Shown piece by piece: positions 48,128 through 59,616 of a stretch of DNA of 64,000 nt; the stretch's first letter is position 1, and every line of letters starts with the position of its first letter. A program made the position numbers and the translations under genes. The notes below the pieces were generated by a model, which saw only the letters and a program-made list of their open reading frames with translations, did not search any database and had not been told where the DNA came from. Source of the DNA: Gammaproteobacteria bacterium (lineage in GTDB: Bacteria > Pseudomonadota > Gammaproteobacteria > UBA4575); contig CBDCTA010000022.1 in the NCBI GenBank assembly GCA_965221955.1, forward strand, positions 96,001 through 160,000, read 5' to 3'.

Positions 48128-48877
48128 TTAAACTGCTGTAGGAACAAATTGCTGTAACTTAGCACCTACTATTTCACCCAAGTTGCCTAAAAACAGTGTA
48201 CCCATGCCACTTTGAAAACGATTGGCATCGGTACTACCCAAGAACAACACACCTAATTGATGTTTTTTCTTTAATGCTACTGCGGCTGCGGAACGAATTG
48301 GCTTTTTCGTATTTGCATTATCAAATACATTGTCAATTTGACGCTTGGTAAGAAAAGCAACTCCACGACGACGGCTAGAAAATAAGTCCTGTACCAGCTT
48401 GGATTTTTGCAAAGACTTTTCAATCTCTGTGCAGTCTTTAACAGTTGTCTCAGGAAGAATTTCGAATAGACGTAGATTGACTTTAGTACCTGGGAAATCT
48501 GTATGCAGGAGATCGCTTATGCCTGCAAGAGTTTCATCAAATCCTCTGATGGACACCAAACCTAGTGTGAGTGCGTGCAGACGACGACTGACTTTTTCAT
48601 TATCTTTTGCAACCGTTATCAGTTGGTGCAACTTCTGATCAAGCTCTTTATTTTTATTGCGTAGAAGCTCTACTTGGCGTTCAACCAATGATATTGCCTC
48701 ACCTGTTTCATGTGGAATAGCGAGTGTTTCGATCAACTCACCATGGTGCATAAAAAAATCACTATGCGTACGCAAATAACGCGCAACATGTTCACGTGTG
48801 ATTTTCGCCTTTGGTACATTTGCAGATTCACTGCTTGCTACCTTAGCCGATAGTTTGGGCTTGGTCTGAGTCGTCAT
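48128..48877 (-). CDS. DUF484 family protein (YigA)
   Basis: VARYLRTHSDFF, SLVERQVELLR, RFQSGMGTLFL. Confidence 0.92.
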   Translation of the reverse strand: MTTQTKPKLSAKVASSESANVPKAKITREHVARYLRTHSDFFMHHGELIETLAIPHETGEAISLVERQVELLRNKNKELDQKLHQLITVAKDNEKVSRRLHALTLGLVSIRGFDETLAGISDLLHTDFPGTKVNLRLFEILPETTVKDCTEIEKSLQKSKLVQDLFSSRRRGVAFLTKRQIDNVFDNANTKKPIRSAAAVALKKKHQLGVLFLGSTDANRFQSGMGTLFLGNLGEIVGAKLQQFVPTAV

Positions 48878-49704
48878 AAGTTAAGGCTCCCCTCAAAACT
48901 AAATTGCGCAGGTCCAGTCATCATTACTGGTGCTGCTTGGTTTTCACACTCAATATGTAAACTTCCGCCAAGTAGATCTACGGTTACATGCTTATCTAAC
49001 AGACCTTGTGCCTGTCCGACCGCAACTGCAGCGCATGCTCCAGTACCACATGCACTGGTTTCGCCAACATGTCTTTCAAAAACACGCAAAGCGATATGCT
49101 CCGGGCTGATGATTTGCATAAACCCTACATTGGCTTTATTTGGAAACATCGAGTGCTTCTCTAGTTTGGGGCCTAAATTTTCAACGGGTGCTTTATCAAT
49201 ATCATCTACCTGTAGTACTGCATGTGGGTTGCCCATTGAAACTGCTCCAATTTTCACTTGTTCGCCATCCACATCAAGCTGATAGCTTGTTGCTTGTGCG
49301 TCTGCTGAAAATGGAATTTTTTCAGGTTCAAATATGGCTGCACCCATGTTTACAGTAACCATATCGTCTTCACGCAGGTAAATTTGATATACACCACTAA
49401 TTGTTTTGATGTTTATAGAAGTTTGGTTCGTTAATCCATTCAATGCTAGAAACTTTCCAATGCACCGTGCACCATTTCCACATTGCTCAACTTCCTCTCC
49501 ATTGCTGTTGTAGATTTGATAGTTGAAATCAATTTCCGCATCTGTTGCAGGACGAATGACTAAAACTTGATCGCAGCCTACACCTAATTTTCGATCTGCA
49601 ATCCAACGAATTTTTTCGCTAGAAAGTTGCACATCTTGATTCACAGCATCGAAGACGACGAAATCATTACCTAATCCGTGCATTTTTGCAAATCGAACTT
49701 GCAT
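48874..49704 (-). CDS. dapF: diaminopimelate epimerase
   Basis: KMHGLGNDF, EQCGNGARC, SMGNPH, ETSACGTGA. Confidence 0.97.
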   Translation of the reverse strand: MQVRFAKMHGLGNDFVVFDAVNQDVQLSSEKIRWIADRKLGVGCDQVLVIRPATDAEIDFNYQIYNSNGEEVEQCGNGARCIGKFLALNGLTNQTSINIKTISGVYQIYLREDDMVTVNMGAAIFEPEKIPFSADAQATSYQLDVDGEQVKIGAVSMGNPHAVLQVDDIDKAPVENLGPKLEKHSMFPNKANVGFMQIISPEHIALRVFERHVGETSACGTGACAAVAVGQAQGLLDKHVTVDLLGGSLHIECENQAAPVMMTGPAQFSFEGSLNL

Positions 49705-49783
49705 AACTACTAATTATCTATGGTAGTAAAAAAATATTAATTAAACCGATTCATTAAGAATATTCTTTAGAGTATTACAAACT

Positions 49784-50230
49784 CTACTTCATTAAACGAA
49801 CATACTCTTTGTAAATACACTTATCCATTACTGTAAAAATGTTTTCTTGGTAGGCACGATTTGCGCTCTCCATATCGACAACACCTTCTTGTAACCATAA
49901 TGCACTGATTTTTTTGTCTATACATTGCTCAGTTATTTCTGCTACATACTTAGACGCACGAAATACATCCACTAAATCAATTTCAAAAGGAATGTCTAGC
50001 AACGAAGTATAGGCCTTAGCGCCTAAAACTTCTGTTATTGCAGGTCGCACTGGAATGATCTCAAATCCAAACGCTTGCATATGTTTTGCCACTCGATGGC
50101 TGGGACGATTTTCTTTTGGTGATAATCCAATCACTGCAATGCTTTTAACACGCTTAAATAAATCAATTAATGCTGCATCACTGGGAAGTGCATAAGTATC
50201 TTGCATCGCTAGCTCACTGTACGTATCCAT
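49784..50230 (-). CDS. CoA-binding protein (YccU-like)
   Basis: IAVIGLSPKENRPS, DLVDVFR, LWLQEGV, VMDKC; ATG at 50206 may be the true start. Confidence 0.9.
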   Translation of the reverse strand: MDTYSELAMQDTYALPSDAALIDLFKRVKSIAVIGLSPKENRPSHRVAKHMQAFGFEIIPVRPAITEVLGAKAYTSLLDIPFEIDLVDVFRASKYVAEITEQCIDKKISALWLQEGVVDMESANRAYQENIFTVMDKCIYKEYVRLMK

Positions 50231-50879
50231 AGATAAGCATGTGCCGGTCGCTTACTTTATCTATAAGCAAACTATCTAATTTTGCGATATTAATCTGTGC
50301 GTGCACCTCATCAGGCGTGAAGGCCGCTAATAAGGAGTTATAAAAATCTTTACGCAAAACTTCAGGTTCATTGCCTGCATATTGATCAACTAATTGTTGC
50401 GCAATCTCTGTCGAGTCGGGTCGGTACAAATCACATATGTAGATTACGGTATCCGATGTGGCGAACTGATTAATCATTGACCACAAATGTTGCGGCTCAT
50501 GTAAATGATGTAACAAGCTGTTGGAAATAATTGCATCGAATATTGTATTTTCAAAAGTGCAATTTGGTAATTGTTGTAGATGCAAAGTAATACGTTGTGT
50601 GAGTGAATGCTCTTTAATCAAACGTTCTGCTTGCTTAAGCATTTCTTCTGCCCCATCAACCGCATCGATGTGACAGTCTGTATAACGTTGTGCAAAACGC
50701 ACGGTAACATCTCCTGAGCCACAACCCAGATCAAGTACCTGCTGTAGTGGACCGATGTTAGGAAATATTTGAGAAAAATTTTCAATTACAGATTGATGCG
50801 CTTCTTCAAAGTCAGCATTGGAATACGCCAGTACTTGTTCAGGGTCATTCATTAATTCTGGCTCAACAACGCGTTCCAT
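50214..50879 (-). CDS. class I SAM-dependent methyltransferase
   Basis: RVVEPELM, VLDLGCGSG, SNSLLHHL, FYNSLLAAF. Confidence 0.9.
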   Translation of the reverse strand: MERVVEPELMNDPEQVLAYSNADFEEAHQSVIENFSQIFPNIGPLQQVLDLGCGSGDVTVRFAQRYTDCHIDAVDGAEEMLKQAERLIKEHSLTQRITLHLQQLPNCTFENTIFDAIISNSLLHHLHEPQHLWSMINQFATSDTVIYICDLYRPDSTEIAQQLVDQYAGNEPEVLRKDFYNSLLAAFTPDEVHAQINIAKLDSLLIDKVSDRHMLIYGYVQ

Positions 50880-50884
50880 TGAAC

Positions 50885-52135
50885 CTACTCATCTGGAATA
50901 ATTTCGTTCGCTAACAACTGATCGAATGTTTCACGCATTCGAATTAGATGCGCTTGATCTCCATCTACTAAAACTTCTGCAGCACGTAAACGTGAATTGT
51001 AATTACTCGACATCACCGCTCCGTATGCGCCTGCTGCATAAACAGCGAGAAAACTACCTTCTTGAATTGAGAGCGCGCGTTGCTTACCTAGAAAGTCTCC
51101 AGTTTCACATACAGGTCCTACAACATCATAAACTACAGCATGATCTGTCGTGTATTCTACAGGTGATATGCCATGCCAGGCCGAATACAAAGCAGGACGC
51201 ATAAAATCATTCATTGCTGCATCTACTAGAGCAAAACTCTTATCACGAGTATTTTTAATATGCTCAACGCGCGTTAATAGTAACCCTGCGTCGCCCACAA
51301 TAGAGCGACCTGGTTCAATAAATATTTCGATGTTTCTACCTTGCATAAAAGGCGTAAGCACTTCGGCATAATCTGTAGGACTTGGTGGTTGATCATCATC
51401 TTCATATCGGATACCTAAGCCACCTCCCACATCCACATGCGTTAAGTTAATTCCTGCCTCTGCAAGCTGATCCACTAGCTGAAAAACTTTTTCAAAACTG
51501 GATTGAAATGGACTCAAACTCAAGAGTTGCGAACCAATATGGCAATCCACACCTACGGCTTGTAAATGACTACATGCCTTAATTTGCTTATAGATGTCCA
51601 AAGCTAAATTAATATCGACGCCAAACTTATTTTCTTTTAAACCGGTCGAAATATAAGGATGCGTTGCCGCATCGACATCAGGATTCACGCGTAAGGAAAC
51701 TTTTGCCTGGAGATCCATCTCACGAGTAATTGCATCAAGTCGTACAAGCTCGGCAGTCGATTCTATATTGAAGCAATCAATATCCATGATAAGTGCACGA
51801 CGAATTTCATCAGATCGCTTGGCCACACCTGAAAAAACCACTTTGCTAGCATCACCACCAGCACGTAGTACGCGCTCTAACTCACCAATGGAAACGATAT
51901 CAAAGCCTGAGCCTAACTTTGCTAACAAGTTTAAAATTGCAAGATTCGAATTGGCTTTCACTGCATAACAAATTCGCGACGGCCATTTGCTTAAAGCCGT
52001 TTCAAAAGCTCGATAATTATTTTCGATTGCTGTCCTAGAATACACATAGCATGGAGTGCCGTAAGCATTTGCAAGTTCTTGCAAATTGACCTCTTCAGCA
52101 TGCAATACATTATTTCGATATTCAAATACACTCAT
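50885..52135 (-). CDS. lysA: diaminopimelate decarboxylase
   Basis: YAVKANSN, HIGSQL, EPGRSIVG, GPVCETGD, MSSNYN. Confidence 0.97.
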   Translation of the reverse strand: MSVFEYRNNVLHAEEVNLQELANAYGTPCYVYSRTAIENNYRAFETALSKWPSRICYAVKANSNLAILNLLAKLGSGFDIVSIGELERVLRAGGDASKVVFSGVAKRSDEIRRALIMDIDCFNIESTAELVRLDAITREMDLQAKVSLRVNPDVDAATHPYISTGLKENKFGVDINLALDIYKQIKACSHLQAVGVDCHIGSQLLSLSPFQSSFEKVFQLVDQLAEAGINLTHVDVGGGLGIRYEDDDQPPSPTDYAEVLTPFMQGRNIEIFIEPGRSIVGDAGLLLTRVEHIKNTRDKSFALVDAAMNDFMRPALYSAWHGISPVEYTTDHAVVYDVVGPVCETGDFLGKQRALSIQEGSFLAVYAAGAYGAVMSSNYNSRLRAAEVLVDGDQAHLIRMRETFDQLLANEIIPDE

Positions 52136-52227
52136 GGCTGCGTATAGCAATAAAATTTAATCGACTATGGATATGAGTTGGCGAAAAAAGTTTCAAAAAT
52201 CCCTATTTCTTGGCTTAACCTATGGAA

Positions 52228-52371
52228 TTAATTTTTTGATTTTTCTTTTTTTGATTCGGCTTCTTGAGTTTCGTTTTCTGGCAGGTACAAATCGCCCGTT
52301 TGCCCACAAGCTGCAAGATAGACTGTGGCAAAGATAAAAAATATCAGGAGATAGGGTCTGAAACACATCAT
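52228..52371 (-). CDS. lptM: LptM/YifL/LppL lipoprotein (47 aa, not in ORF track)
   Basis: MMCFRPYLLIFFIFATVYLAACGQTGDLYLP..., matching CGxKGPLYLP; immediately upstream of lysA. Confidence 0.88.
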   Translation of the reverse strand: MMCFRPYLLIFFIFATVYLAACGQTGDLYLPENETQEAESKKEKSKN

Positions 52372-52461
52372 GGCTTTACTCTTTAAAATTGGCCGCTATT
52401 GTATAGGCCATTGAAGCCACAAGAAACCATAGCTGAAAAATAGTCACAGGAGGTTAAAAGC

Positions 52462-53123
52462 ATGTCTCTTGAAAGGATACAAATCGATACTCAGAATGAT
52501 CCTGATTGTGCTGTGATTTGGTTACACGGCTTAGGCGCAAATGGTCATGATTTTGAGCCCATTGTCCCAGAATTAAATTTACCTGACTCAATTCGCGCAC
52601 GCTTTATCTTCCCCCACGCTCCAGTGCAAGCCGTAAGCTTAAACAATGGAATGCAGATGCCTGCTTGGTATGACATTTACAGCTTGGAGATGAATAGCAA
52701 AGAAGATGAGGCAGGAATCAAAAAAATGACCACTGAAATCCACGCCTTAATAGACCAACAAATCAAAGCAGGTATCGCGGCAGACAAAATTGTTTTAGCT
52801 GGTTTTTCCCAAGGGGGCGCATTGAGTTTACGTACCGTCTTTACATACTCACAGAACCTAGCTGGATTGATGGCATTGTCCTGTTACTTGCCATTGAAAG
52901 AACAAATTGACGACGATGCTAAACATGCATCACGAGAATTGCCGATTTTTTCGCGCATGGGCGTTATGATGATGTGGTATCTATGGCTTACGCGCAACTT
53001 GCAAAACAAATTTTAGAAGATCAAGGTTTTCGCATTCAATGGCATGAATACTCTTGCGCACACACTGTTTGCGCGGAAGAGATTCAGGATATACGAAAAT
53101 TTTTATTAGCTTGCTGGCAATAA
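52462..53123 (+). CDS. carboxylesterase/phospholipase (alpha/beta hydrolase), one frameshift
   Basis: WLHGLGANG, MPAWYDI, GFSQGG; adding one T to run 52946-52951 restores IFFAHGRYDDVV...AHTVCAEE. Confidence 0.88.
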
Positions 53124-53125
53124 AA

Positions 53126-54520
53126 TCAAGCAAACTCATTCATGCGTTGCTTGGCGAGTTCAATTTGCTCTCTCACTCTAACGGGAGCAGTTCCACCATA
53201 AGTATTTTTCGAGGCGACAGATCCTTCCACAGATAGAACATTAAACACATCATTCGAAATTGAAGGGCTGAATTTTTGCAATTCATCCAAGCTAAGCTCA
53301 TCCAGTTTTTTATTTTGCTCAATCGCATACTTGACCGTTTTACCTACCACTTCATGTGCGTCTCGGAATGGCACTTTCTTTTGCACTAAGTAATCCGCTA
53401 GATCGGTTGCGGTGGCATAACCTTGTTGTGCAGCTTGCAATAGTACCTCTCGATTTACTTTTATGTGCGGCACCATATTGGCAAACGCCACCACACAATC
53501 ATGCACAGTATCCACACTATCAAACAAAGGCTCCTTATCTTCTTGATTGTCTTTGTTATAGGCTAATGGCTGACTTTTCATCAGTGTTAATAAAGCAAAC
53601 AAATTTGCATACACGCGTGCTGACTTACCACGCACCAATTCAGGGACATCGGGATTTTTTTTCTGCGGCATGATTGATGAACCCGTACAAAAGCGATCGG
53701 GTAATTCAATAAAATTAAACTGTGTGGAAGTCCACAATACTAATTCTTCTGCAAAGCGTGACAAATGCGCAAACAAAATTGCACCAAAAGCACAAAACTC
53801 AATGGCGAAGTCGCGGTCGCTTACTGCATCTAGACTGTTATGACTTGCGGATGCAAAATTTAATTTTTCCACAACGAATTCTCGATCCAGTGCAAAACTG
53901 CTACCAGCAAGTGCGGCAGAGCCTAAGGGCATGACATTTGTACTCACTCTACATTGTTGCAGACGCATTCGGTCACGCTGAATCATTTCAAACCATGCCA
54001 ACATATGATGTCCAAAGGTAATTACTTGCGCAACTTGCAAATGCGTAAACCCAGGCATGATGGTATCGCTCTCCTGTTCAGCAATACTAAGAATCGCTAG
54101 TTGCAATGCTTCAAGACGCGCGTCAATGTCATCAATTGCATCGCGTAGATATAAACGCACATCCGTTGCAACTTGATCGTTACGCGATCGCCCGGTGTGA
54201 ATTCTCTTGCCAGCTTCGCCGACCAATTCTGTAAGGCGTGCTTCGATGTTCATATGCACATCTTCTAGATTGGTTTTCCATTCAAATTCACCCGCTTCGA
54301 TTTCGATCTCTATCTTATCCAGCGCTTTCAGCAATTCATCACAATCTTTATTACTCAGCACACCAATATGTGCAAGCATTTGAGCATGTGCTCGCGAACC
54401 AAGAATATCTTGTTTAAAAAGTCGTTTATCAAACCGCACAGATGCGTTAAATTGTTCAACAAATTCATCTGTGGCTTCGGTAAAACGACCTCCCCAAAGC
54501 TTTGTATCCTTATCACTCAT
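53126..54520 (-). CDS. argH: argininosuccinate lyase
   Basis: [28 protein letters not shown]. Confidence 0.98.
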   Translation of the reverse strand: MSDKDTKLWGGRFTEATDEFVEQFNASVRFDKRLFKQDILGSRAHAQMLAHIGVLSNKDCDELLKALDKIEIEIEAGEFEWKTNLEDVHMNIEARLTELVGEAGKRIHTGRSRNDQVATDVRLYLRDAIDDIDARLEALQLAILSIAEQESDTIMPGFTHLQVAQVITFGHHMLAWFEMIQRDRMRLQQCRVSTNVMPLGSAALAGSSFALDREFVVEKLNFASASHNSLDAVSDRDFAIEFCAFGAILFAHLSRFAEELVLWTSTQFNFIELPDRFCTGSSIMPQKKNPDVPELVRGKSARVYANLFALLTLMKSQPLAYNKDNQEDKEPLFDSVDTVHDCVVAFANMVPHIKVNREVLLQAAQQGYATATDLADYLVQKKVPFRDAHEVVGKTVKYAIEQNKKLDELSLDELQKFSPSISNDVFNVLSVEGSVASKNTYGGTAPVRVREQIELAKQRMNEFA

Positions 54521-54622
54521 CTTTTTGGTTCATTGCTATAGCTAATAAATCAGGCCCGAAGTATAGCACTAGCTTAGCGCTCTACAGCGAAGCTAGATGA
54601 ATACAGTTGTTATAGAATAGTC

Positions 54623-55741
54623 ATGGTGGATAAATCACAAACAGATTCAAACAAGAATTCCAAAAGCGAAAGTAATGCTGGTGAACGCACTTTTCTACCA
54701 GACTTTTGTAATGCGCGAATTATTTTTCTAGCGATATTAATTGCGCAGTTATTATCATTCGTTTTAACCCTCGCAGGTGGAATCTCAAGACCAGACTTTT
54801 GGGTCTATCTTTCTCTAGTTTCATTATTCATAACTTTCATCGCCATCGGCAATATCTTGGTTTTATGTGTCAGCCGGCGGTTTTTACAAAATCTACACCC
54901 TGCAGTGGCTGCGATTAGCTATTACGCACTGAGCTTAAGCATCACTCTAGTGGTATCGGTAGTAGGCATATTAGTCACTCCTTCTGAAGCGCTGTGGGCC
55001 GCTTCGCCTGAAAATGTACAAAGCCTGAGCCTACTGCATATTCTCAGCAGCGACATTTTGATCCGTAATATGGCGATCAGCGCCATCGTTTCAGCTGTGG
55101 CACTACGCTATTTTTATGTGCTCCACCAGTGGAAGGCAAATATACAAGTAGAAGCACGCTCAAGGATTCAAGCTCTGCAAGCACGGATTCGACCACATTT
55201 CTTATTTAATAGTATGAACACCATTGCCAGCTTAACGCACTCAAACCCTGAAATGGCTGAAAAAGCGGTGGAAGATTTAGCCGATTTATTTCGTGCTTCA
55301 TTAGGCCATCAGGACAAGGTGACACTTCAAGAAGAACTTAATTTCACGCGTCGCTACATAAATATGGAAAAACTACGGCTAGGAGACCGCCTTACTATTG
55401 AATTAAAAATAGAAGAAGGTATAAGCTTAAAGACACAGGTACCAGCCCTAATTCTTCAACCTATAGTAGAAAATGCTATATACCATGGAGTGGAACCCCT
55501 CACTAAAGGTGGCACAGTTAATATCGACATTACTTCCACTCAGCACGATTTACACTTTACAATTAGCAACCCAGTTGGAGATATAAATATTGACCAAAAA
55601 CGTCCTGGCAATAAAATGGCGCAAGAAAACATCAGACAGAGGCTACAATTGGCCTATGGTGATTTCAGTAGAATGGATATCCGCCATGAGCAAGGCTTTT
55701 ATAAGGTTTCATTTAACATTCCTATCGAGGCAGATGTATGA
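54623..55741 (+). CDS. algZ: LytS-type sensor kinase AlgZ/FimS
   Basis: LPDFC, four TMs, ALQARIRPHFLFNSMNTIA, LQPIVENAIYHG; argH-algZ-algR-hemC synteny. Confidence 0.88.
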   Translation: MVDKSQTDSNKNSKSESNAGERTFLPDFCNARIIFLAILIAQLLSFVLTLAGGISRPDFWVYLSLVSLFITFIAIGNILVLCVSRRFLQNLHPAVAAISYYALSLSITLVVSVVGILVTPSEALWAASPENVQSLSLLHILSSDILIRNMAISAIVSAVALRYFYVLHQWKANIQVEARSRIQALQARIRPHFLFNSMNTIASLTHSNPEMAEKAVEDLADLFRASLGHQDKVTLQEELNFTRRYINMEKLRLGDRLTIELKIEEGISLKTQVPALILQPIVENAIYHGVEPLTKGGTVNIDITSTQHDLHFTISNPVGDINIDQKRPGNKMAQENIRQRLQLAYGDFSRMDIRHEQGFYKVSFNIPIEADV

Positions 55742-56469
55742 AAATTTTGATCGTAGATGACGAAGCTCCCGCACGTGATCGTCTAGCACACATGCTAGGC
55801 AGTATTGATGATGTACAAAGTACTGGGGAGGCTACCAATGGCATTGAAGCTGTTGAGATGGTGCAGTCTACTCGCCCAGATGTGGTGTTAATGGATATTC
55901 GTATGCCCGGCATGGATGGTTTAGAAGCCGCAAGGCATCTAACTGAAATGGATGAGCCTCCTGCGATTATTTTCACCACTGCTTACAGTGAGCATGCCCT
56001 AGAAGCCTTCGACACCTCAGCTGTGGGCTATCTGGTTAAACCAGTACGACAAGAAAAACTAGAAACTTCGATTGCACGTGCGAAGAAACTCACTAAAGCA
56101 CAAATTGCAACGCTGAATACCGAAACAGATAGCCAAGGTCGTAGTCACATATGTGCACGTATTCGTGGCAACCTTGAACTCATTCCTGTCGATGAAATTC
56201 TTTATTTCCAAGCGGATCAAAAATACATCACGGTACGTCACCTTGGTGGTGAAGTACTCATTGAAGATGCACTGAAGAATCTTGAAAATGAGTTTGAAGG
56301 CAAACTGATTCGAATTCACCGTAATGCCTTGGTGAGCACGCACTACATTAGTGGCATGGAGAAAAACCAGGATGGCCGTTTTGTAGTCACTTTCCGTGAA
56401 ATTGATGACCGACTTGAAATTAGTCGTAGACACGTTGCGGAAGTACGTAAATTCCTAAAGTCTAGGTAG
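55738..56469 (+). CDS. algR: LytTR response regulator AlgR
   Basis: VDDE...DIRMPG...FTTAY, LytTR ADQKY...RIHRNALV...SRRH. Confidence 0.9.
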   Translation: MKILIVDDEAPARDRLAHMLGSIDDVQSTGEATNGIEAVEMVQSTRPDVVLMDIRMPGMDGLEAARHLTEMDEPPAIIFTTAYSEHALEAFDTSAVGYLVKPVRQEKLETSIARAKKLTKAQIATLNTETDSQGRSHICARIRGNLELIPVDEILYFQADQKYITVRHLGGEVLIEDALKNLENEFEGKLIRIHRNALVSTHYISGMEKNQDGRFVVTFREIDDRLEISRRHVAEVRKFLKSR

Positions 56470-56675
56470 CTGGAAGCTCTGATTTGATCTGCCATAACAA
56501 TTTAAATGGTCGTTAAAGAATTTTTTTAAAGCGCTCACTTACGAGCTTGTAAACTCCTCATTTAAAAAATTCCTTTGCCTCGTTTCAGACACTGACGCTA
56601 ATCAAATCAAAACTTCTTTAATATCTGTTTAGTGCACAATTTCCTTATCTTTTTAAGGCTTCTTTAGCATTTCCA

Positions 56676-57593
56676 ATGAAATTAAGAATCGCAACTCGCA
56701 AAAGTGCTCTTGCACTCTGGCAGGCTGAAGAAGTATCACGTTTATTACGTGAAGCACACGGTAGTGGTCTTGAAATTGAGCTGATCAAAATGACCACCAC
56801 TGGCGATCAATTGTTACAAGAGTCACTCGCAACTCAAGGAGGAAAAGGATTATTTGTAAAAGAATTAGAACGTGGCTTACTAGAACATAGTGCGGATATT
56901 GCGGTGCACTCTATGAAAGATGTGCCGATTGAACTTCCTGATTCATTACATTTGCCTGTCATTTTGGAGCGCGCGAACCCATGTGATGCTTTTGTTTCTA
57001 ACACTTATGATGATTTAGATGCTTTACCTGATAAAGCTATTGTCGGCACTTCTAGCTCACGGCGTGCATGCCAAATTATGGCTTCACACCCACATTTAGA
57101 AATCAAACTTTTACGCGGTAATGTCAACACACGTTTAGCAAAATTAGATGAGGGGCAGTACGATGCCATAATTCTTGCCGTAGCAGGTTTGCAACGACTT
57201 GGATTTAATGAACGAATTCGCAAGCAAATTCCTACGGAGATCTCGCTACCGGCTATAGGTCAAGGTGCAATTGGTATTGAATGTCGTGAGAATGATGCAG
57301 AAATAGAAAAGTTAATTGCACCGCTGAATCACGTTGAAACGAATACTTGTGTAACTGCTGAACGTGCTATTAGCACAAGCTTAGAAGGGGGCTGCCAGCT
57401 CCCTATTGCAGGTTTTGCACAATTTAATAATGATGAACTGTATTTACGCTCTCTAGTAGGTATGCCTGATGGTAGTAAACTAGTACGTAGTGAGTCAAAA
57501 GGTCCTGCATCTCAACCCTTAGAACTAGGTCAGCGTGTTGCAACGGAGTTGAAGAAGTTAGGCGCGGACACAATCCTAGCAGCCTGTTCTTAA
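56676..57593 (+). CDS. hemC: porphobilinogen deaminase
   Basis: IATRKSALALWQA, GKGLFVKELE, VHSMKD, RGNVNTRL, GGCQLP. Confidence 0.98.
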   Translation: MKLRIATRKSALALWQAEEVSRLLREAHGSGLEIELIKMTTTGDQLLQESLATQGGKGLFVKELERGLLEHSADIAVHSMKDVPIELPDSLHLPVILERANPCDAFVSNTYDDLDALPDKAIVGTSSSRRACQIMASHPHLEIKLLRGNVNTRLAKLDEGQYDAIILAVAGLQRLGFNERIRKQIPTEISLPAIGQGAIGIECRENDAEIEKLIAPLNHVETNTCVTAERAISTSLEGGCQLPIAGFAQFNNDELYLRSLVGMPDGSKLVRSESKGPASQPLELGQRVATELKKLGADTILAACS

Positions 57594-57675
57594 TATTCTC
57601 ATAATAAATCTATTTAACTATTTTTTCGGTAAGATTAGTCAGCTGTATTGATTCTGCCGAGGTATCCTTTCTTTC

Positions 57676-58455
57676 ATGTCCTCAAATCCTACTCTTGCTG
57701 GCAAAACAATTGTCGTTACAAGACCATTGGCTCAAGCACAGCAACTCATGGAAACATTAGAAGCACAGCTAGCAAAAACTATCCACTTCCCTGTCATTAG
57801 GATTTGTGAGGCTGAAGACATGGATTCAGCCAAGCACCAGTTTAAAAACTTATCCAAATTTCAAACCATTATTTTTATTAGTGCGAATGCAGTCCACTAT
57901 GCGGTTCCTTTAATAAAAGAATCAGATGTGAAGCTTGAAAACTGTAATTTGGCTGCGGTAGGACCCGCAACGAAACTGGCACTAGAAAGTTACGGCTACC
58001 AGGTGGGTATCGTTCCAGAAACAGGATTTAGCAGCGAAGCATTATTAGCAGATTCCAGTCTAGAAAAAATCTCCGCACGAAATATTCTTATTGTACGAGG
58101 ACAAGGTGGGCGCGAACATTTACGTCAAACCCTAGAATCACGTGATGCTTATGTGGAGTATGCAGAGGTCTATCAGCGCCAGTTACCTGAAAACCGTAAT
58201 CCAATGGATTTAAGCCAATTAGCTGCTCGCGAATGTGCAGTTCTTTTATATAGTATAGAGTCTGCACAAAATTTATGGTCACTTTGCACACAAGACGAAC
58301 AACAATGGTTGCAAAACGTTACATTTATTATCGCGAGTGAACGTATTGCTGAAGCTTGTACTAGGGCTGGGTATACAAATAATCCTATAATAGCGGAAAA
58401 CCCAAGTGATCAAGCAATGCTGGGTGCACTGATGAACTGGTCTATAAGCCAGTAA
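57676..58455 (+). CDS. hemD: uroporphyrinogen-III synthase
   Basis: VTRP, FISANAV, AVGPAT, RGQGGRE, EVYQR. Confidence 0.94.
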   Translation: MSSNPTLAGKTIVVTRPLAQAQQLMETLEAQLAKTIHFPVIRICEAEDMDSAKHQFKNLSKFQTIIFISANAVHYAVPLIKESDVKLENCNLAAVGPATKLALESYGYQVGIVPETGFSSEALLADSSLEKISARNILIVRGQGGREHLRQTLESRDAYVEYAEVYQRQLPENRNPMDLSQLAARECAVLLYSIESAQNLWSLCTQDEQQWLQNVTFIIASERIAEACTRAGYTNNPIIAENPSDQAMLGALMNWSISQ

Positions 58456-58513
58456 ACATTCCAGTACGTCTCTCAGGGGATGCAACAATTATAAGTAATT
58501 TGAGAAATCGACT

Positions 58514-59602
58514 ATGTCAAACAAACAACAAAACACGGAATCTACAGCAAAAAGCACTTCACAAAAAAGTTCTGGAGGGTTTGGTCGTTTTTTTATTGCC
58601 CTGCTTGCCTTACTCGCATTTCTACTTTCAGGAGCTGGAATCGCACTAGGTTATAAAGCTTGGTTAGATATGAATAAGCGTATCGATCAAGCTGGAGTTG
58701 ATCGCCAATCGATTGCTCATGAAGTCGCAACAATAGATGAAAGCATCAAATTACAAAATTTTAAACAACAAGTTGAAAGTAACGTTAGCGAAATCAAACA
58801 GCAAGTTAGTAGTTTAGAGGAAAAAATTCAACAGCAAGCAGATGCACAACAAGACATCAGCTTAACTTCTCAAGAAACACTAGCAATTGTTAACCGCAGC
58901 CAACTTGGCTGGGGATTAAAAGAAGTTGAACATATATTGCGTATGGCCAATCACCGTTTACGCATTGAAAGAGACGTTGCCGGTAGTATTACAGCATTGA
59001 ATGCTGCTGATAAACGTTTACATGAGTTAAAAGATCCTCGCTTACTTCCAGTGAGAGAATCCATCTCTAAACAAATTGGTAAATTAAAAAACTTTCCTTA
59101 TCCAGACTGGGTGGGAATTAGCTTACAGCTCGACAACATGCTTGCTGGACTCAAACAAAATGTCATCAAAAAAGCGAAGCAGTCACAAGATAGCATGTCT
59201 GAAAAAGATACTGAAAAAACCAGTGCTAAAGATATTAGCGGCTGGGGAAAGCTAGTAGAAGGCGTTAAAAACACAATCAATGACTCAATTAAAGTTACTA
59301 AAGAAGAACAGAAATTAAAATTGTTTATTAGCCAACAAGAAAGTGAGCACGCCTATGAGTTTTTGCGAGGTAAATTGCTCAGTGCTAAATATGCTGTTGC
59401 TAGTCGTGATGACGAATCCTTCCACCGCGAGTTAGAAGCTGCACTCTCATGGTTGGAGTCTGACGATACTCTAAGAGGTAAAAAAGAAATAATAGATGAT
59501 ATTACTGAGCTAAATGACATTAATTTAGAGCCAGAATTACCTAACATCACCGAAGCCAATACATTGTTACAAGAAATTTCAACAAGTATTGGTAATAGTT
59601 AA
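58514..59602 (+). CDS. hemX: HemX family membrane protein
   Basis: N-terminal TM, coiled coil, WGLKEVEHILRMANHRL, DPRLLPVR; hemCD-X-Y synteny. Confidence 0.88.
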   Translation: MSNKQQNTESTAKSTSQKSSGGFGRFFIALLALLAFLLSGAGIALGYKAWLDMNKRIDQAGVDRQSIAHEVATIDESIKLQNFKQQVESNVSEIKQQVSSLEEKIQQQADAQQDISLTSQETLAIVNRSQLGWGLKEVEHILRMANHRLRIERDVAGSITALNAADKRLHELKDPRLLPVRESISKQIGKLKNFPYPDWVGISLQLDNMLAGLKQNVIKKAKQSQDSMSEKDTEKTSAKDISGWGKLVEGVKNTINDSIKVTKEEQKLKLFISQQESEHAYEFLRGKLLSAKYAVASRDDESFHRELEAALSWLESDDTLRGKKEIIDDITELNDINLEPELPNITEANTLLQEISTSIGNS

Positions 59603-59616
59603 GTAGAGATACAAAA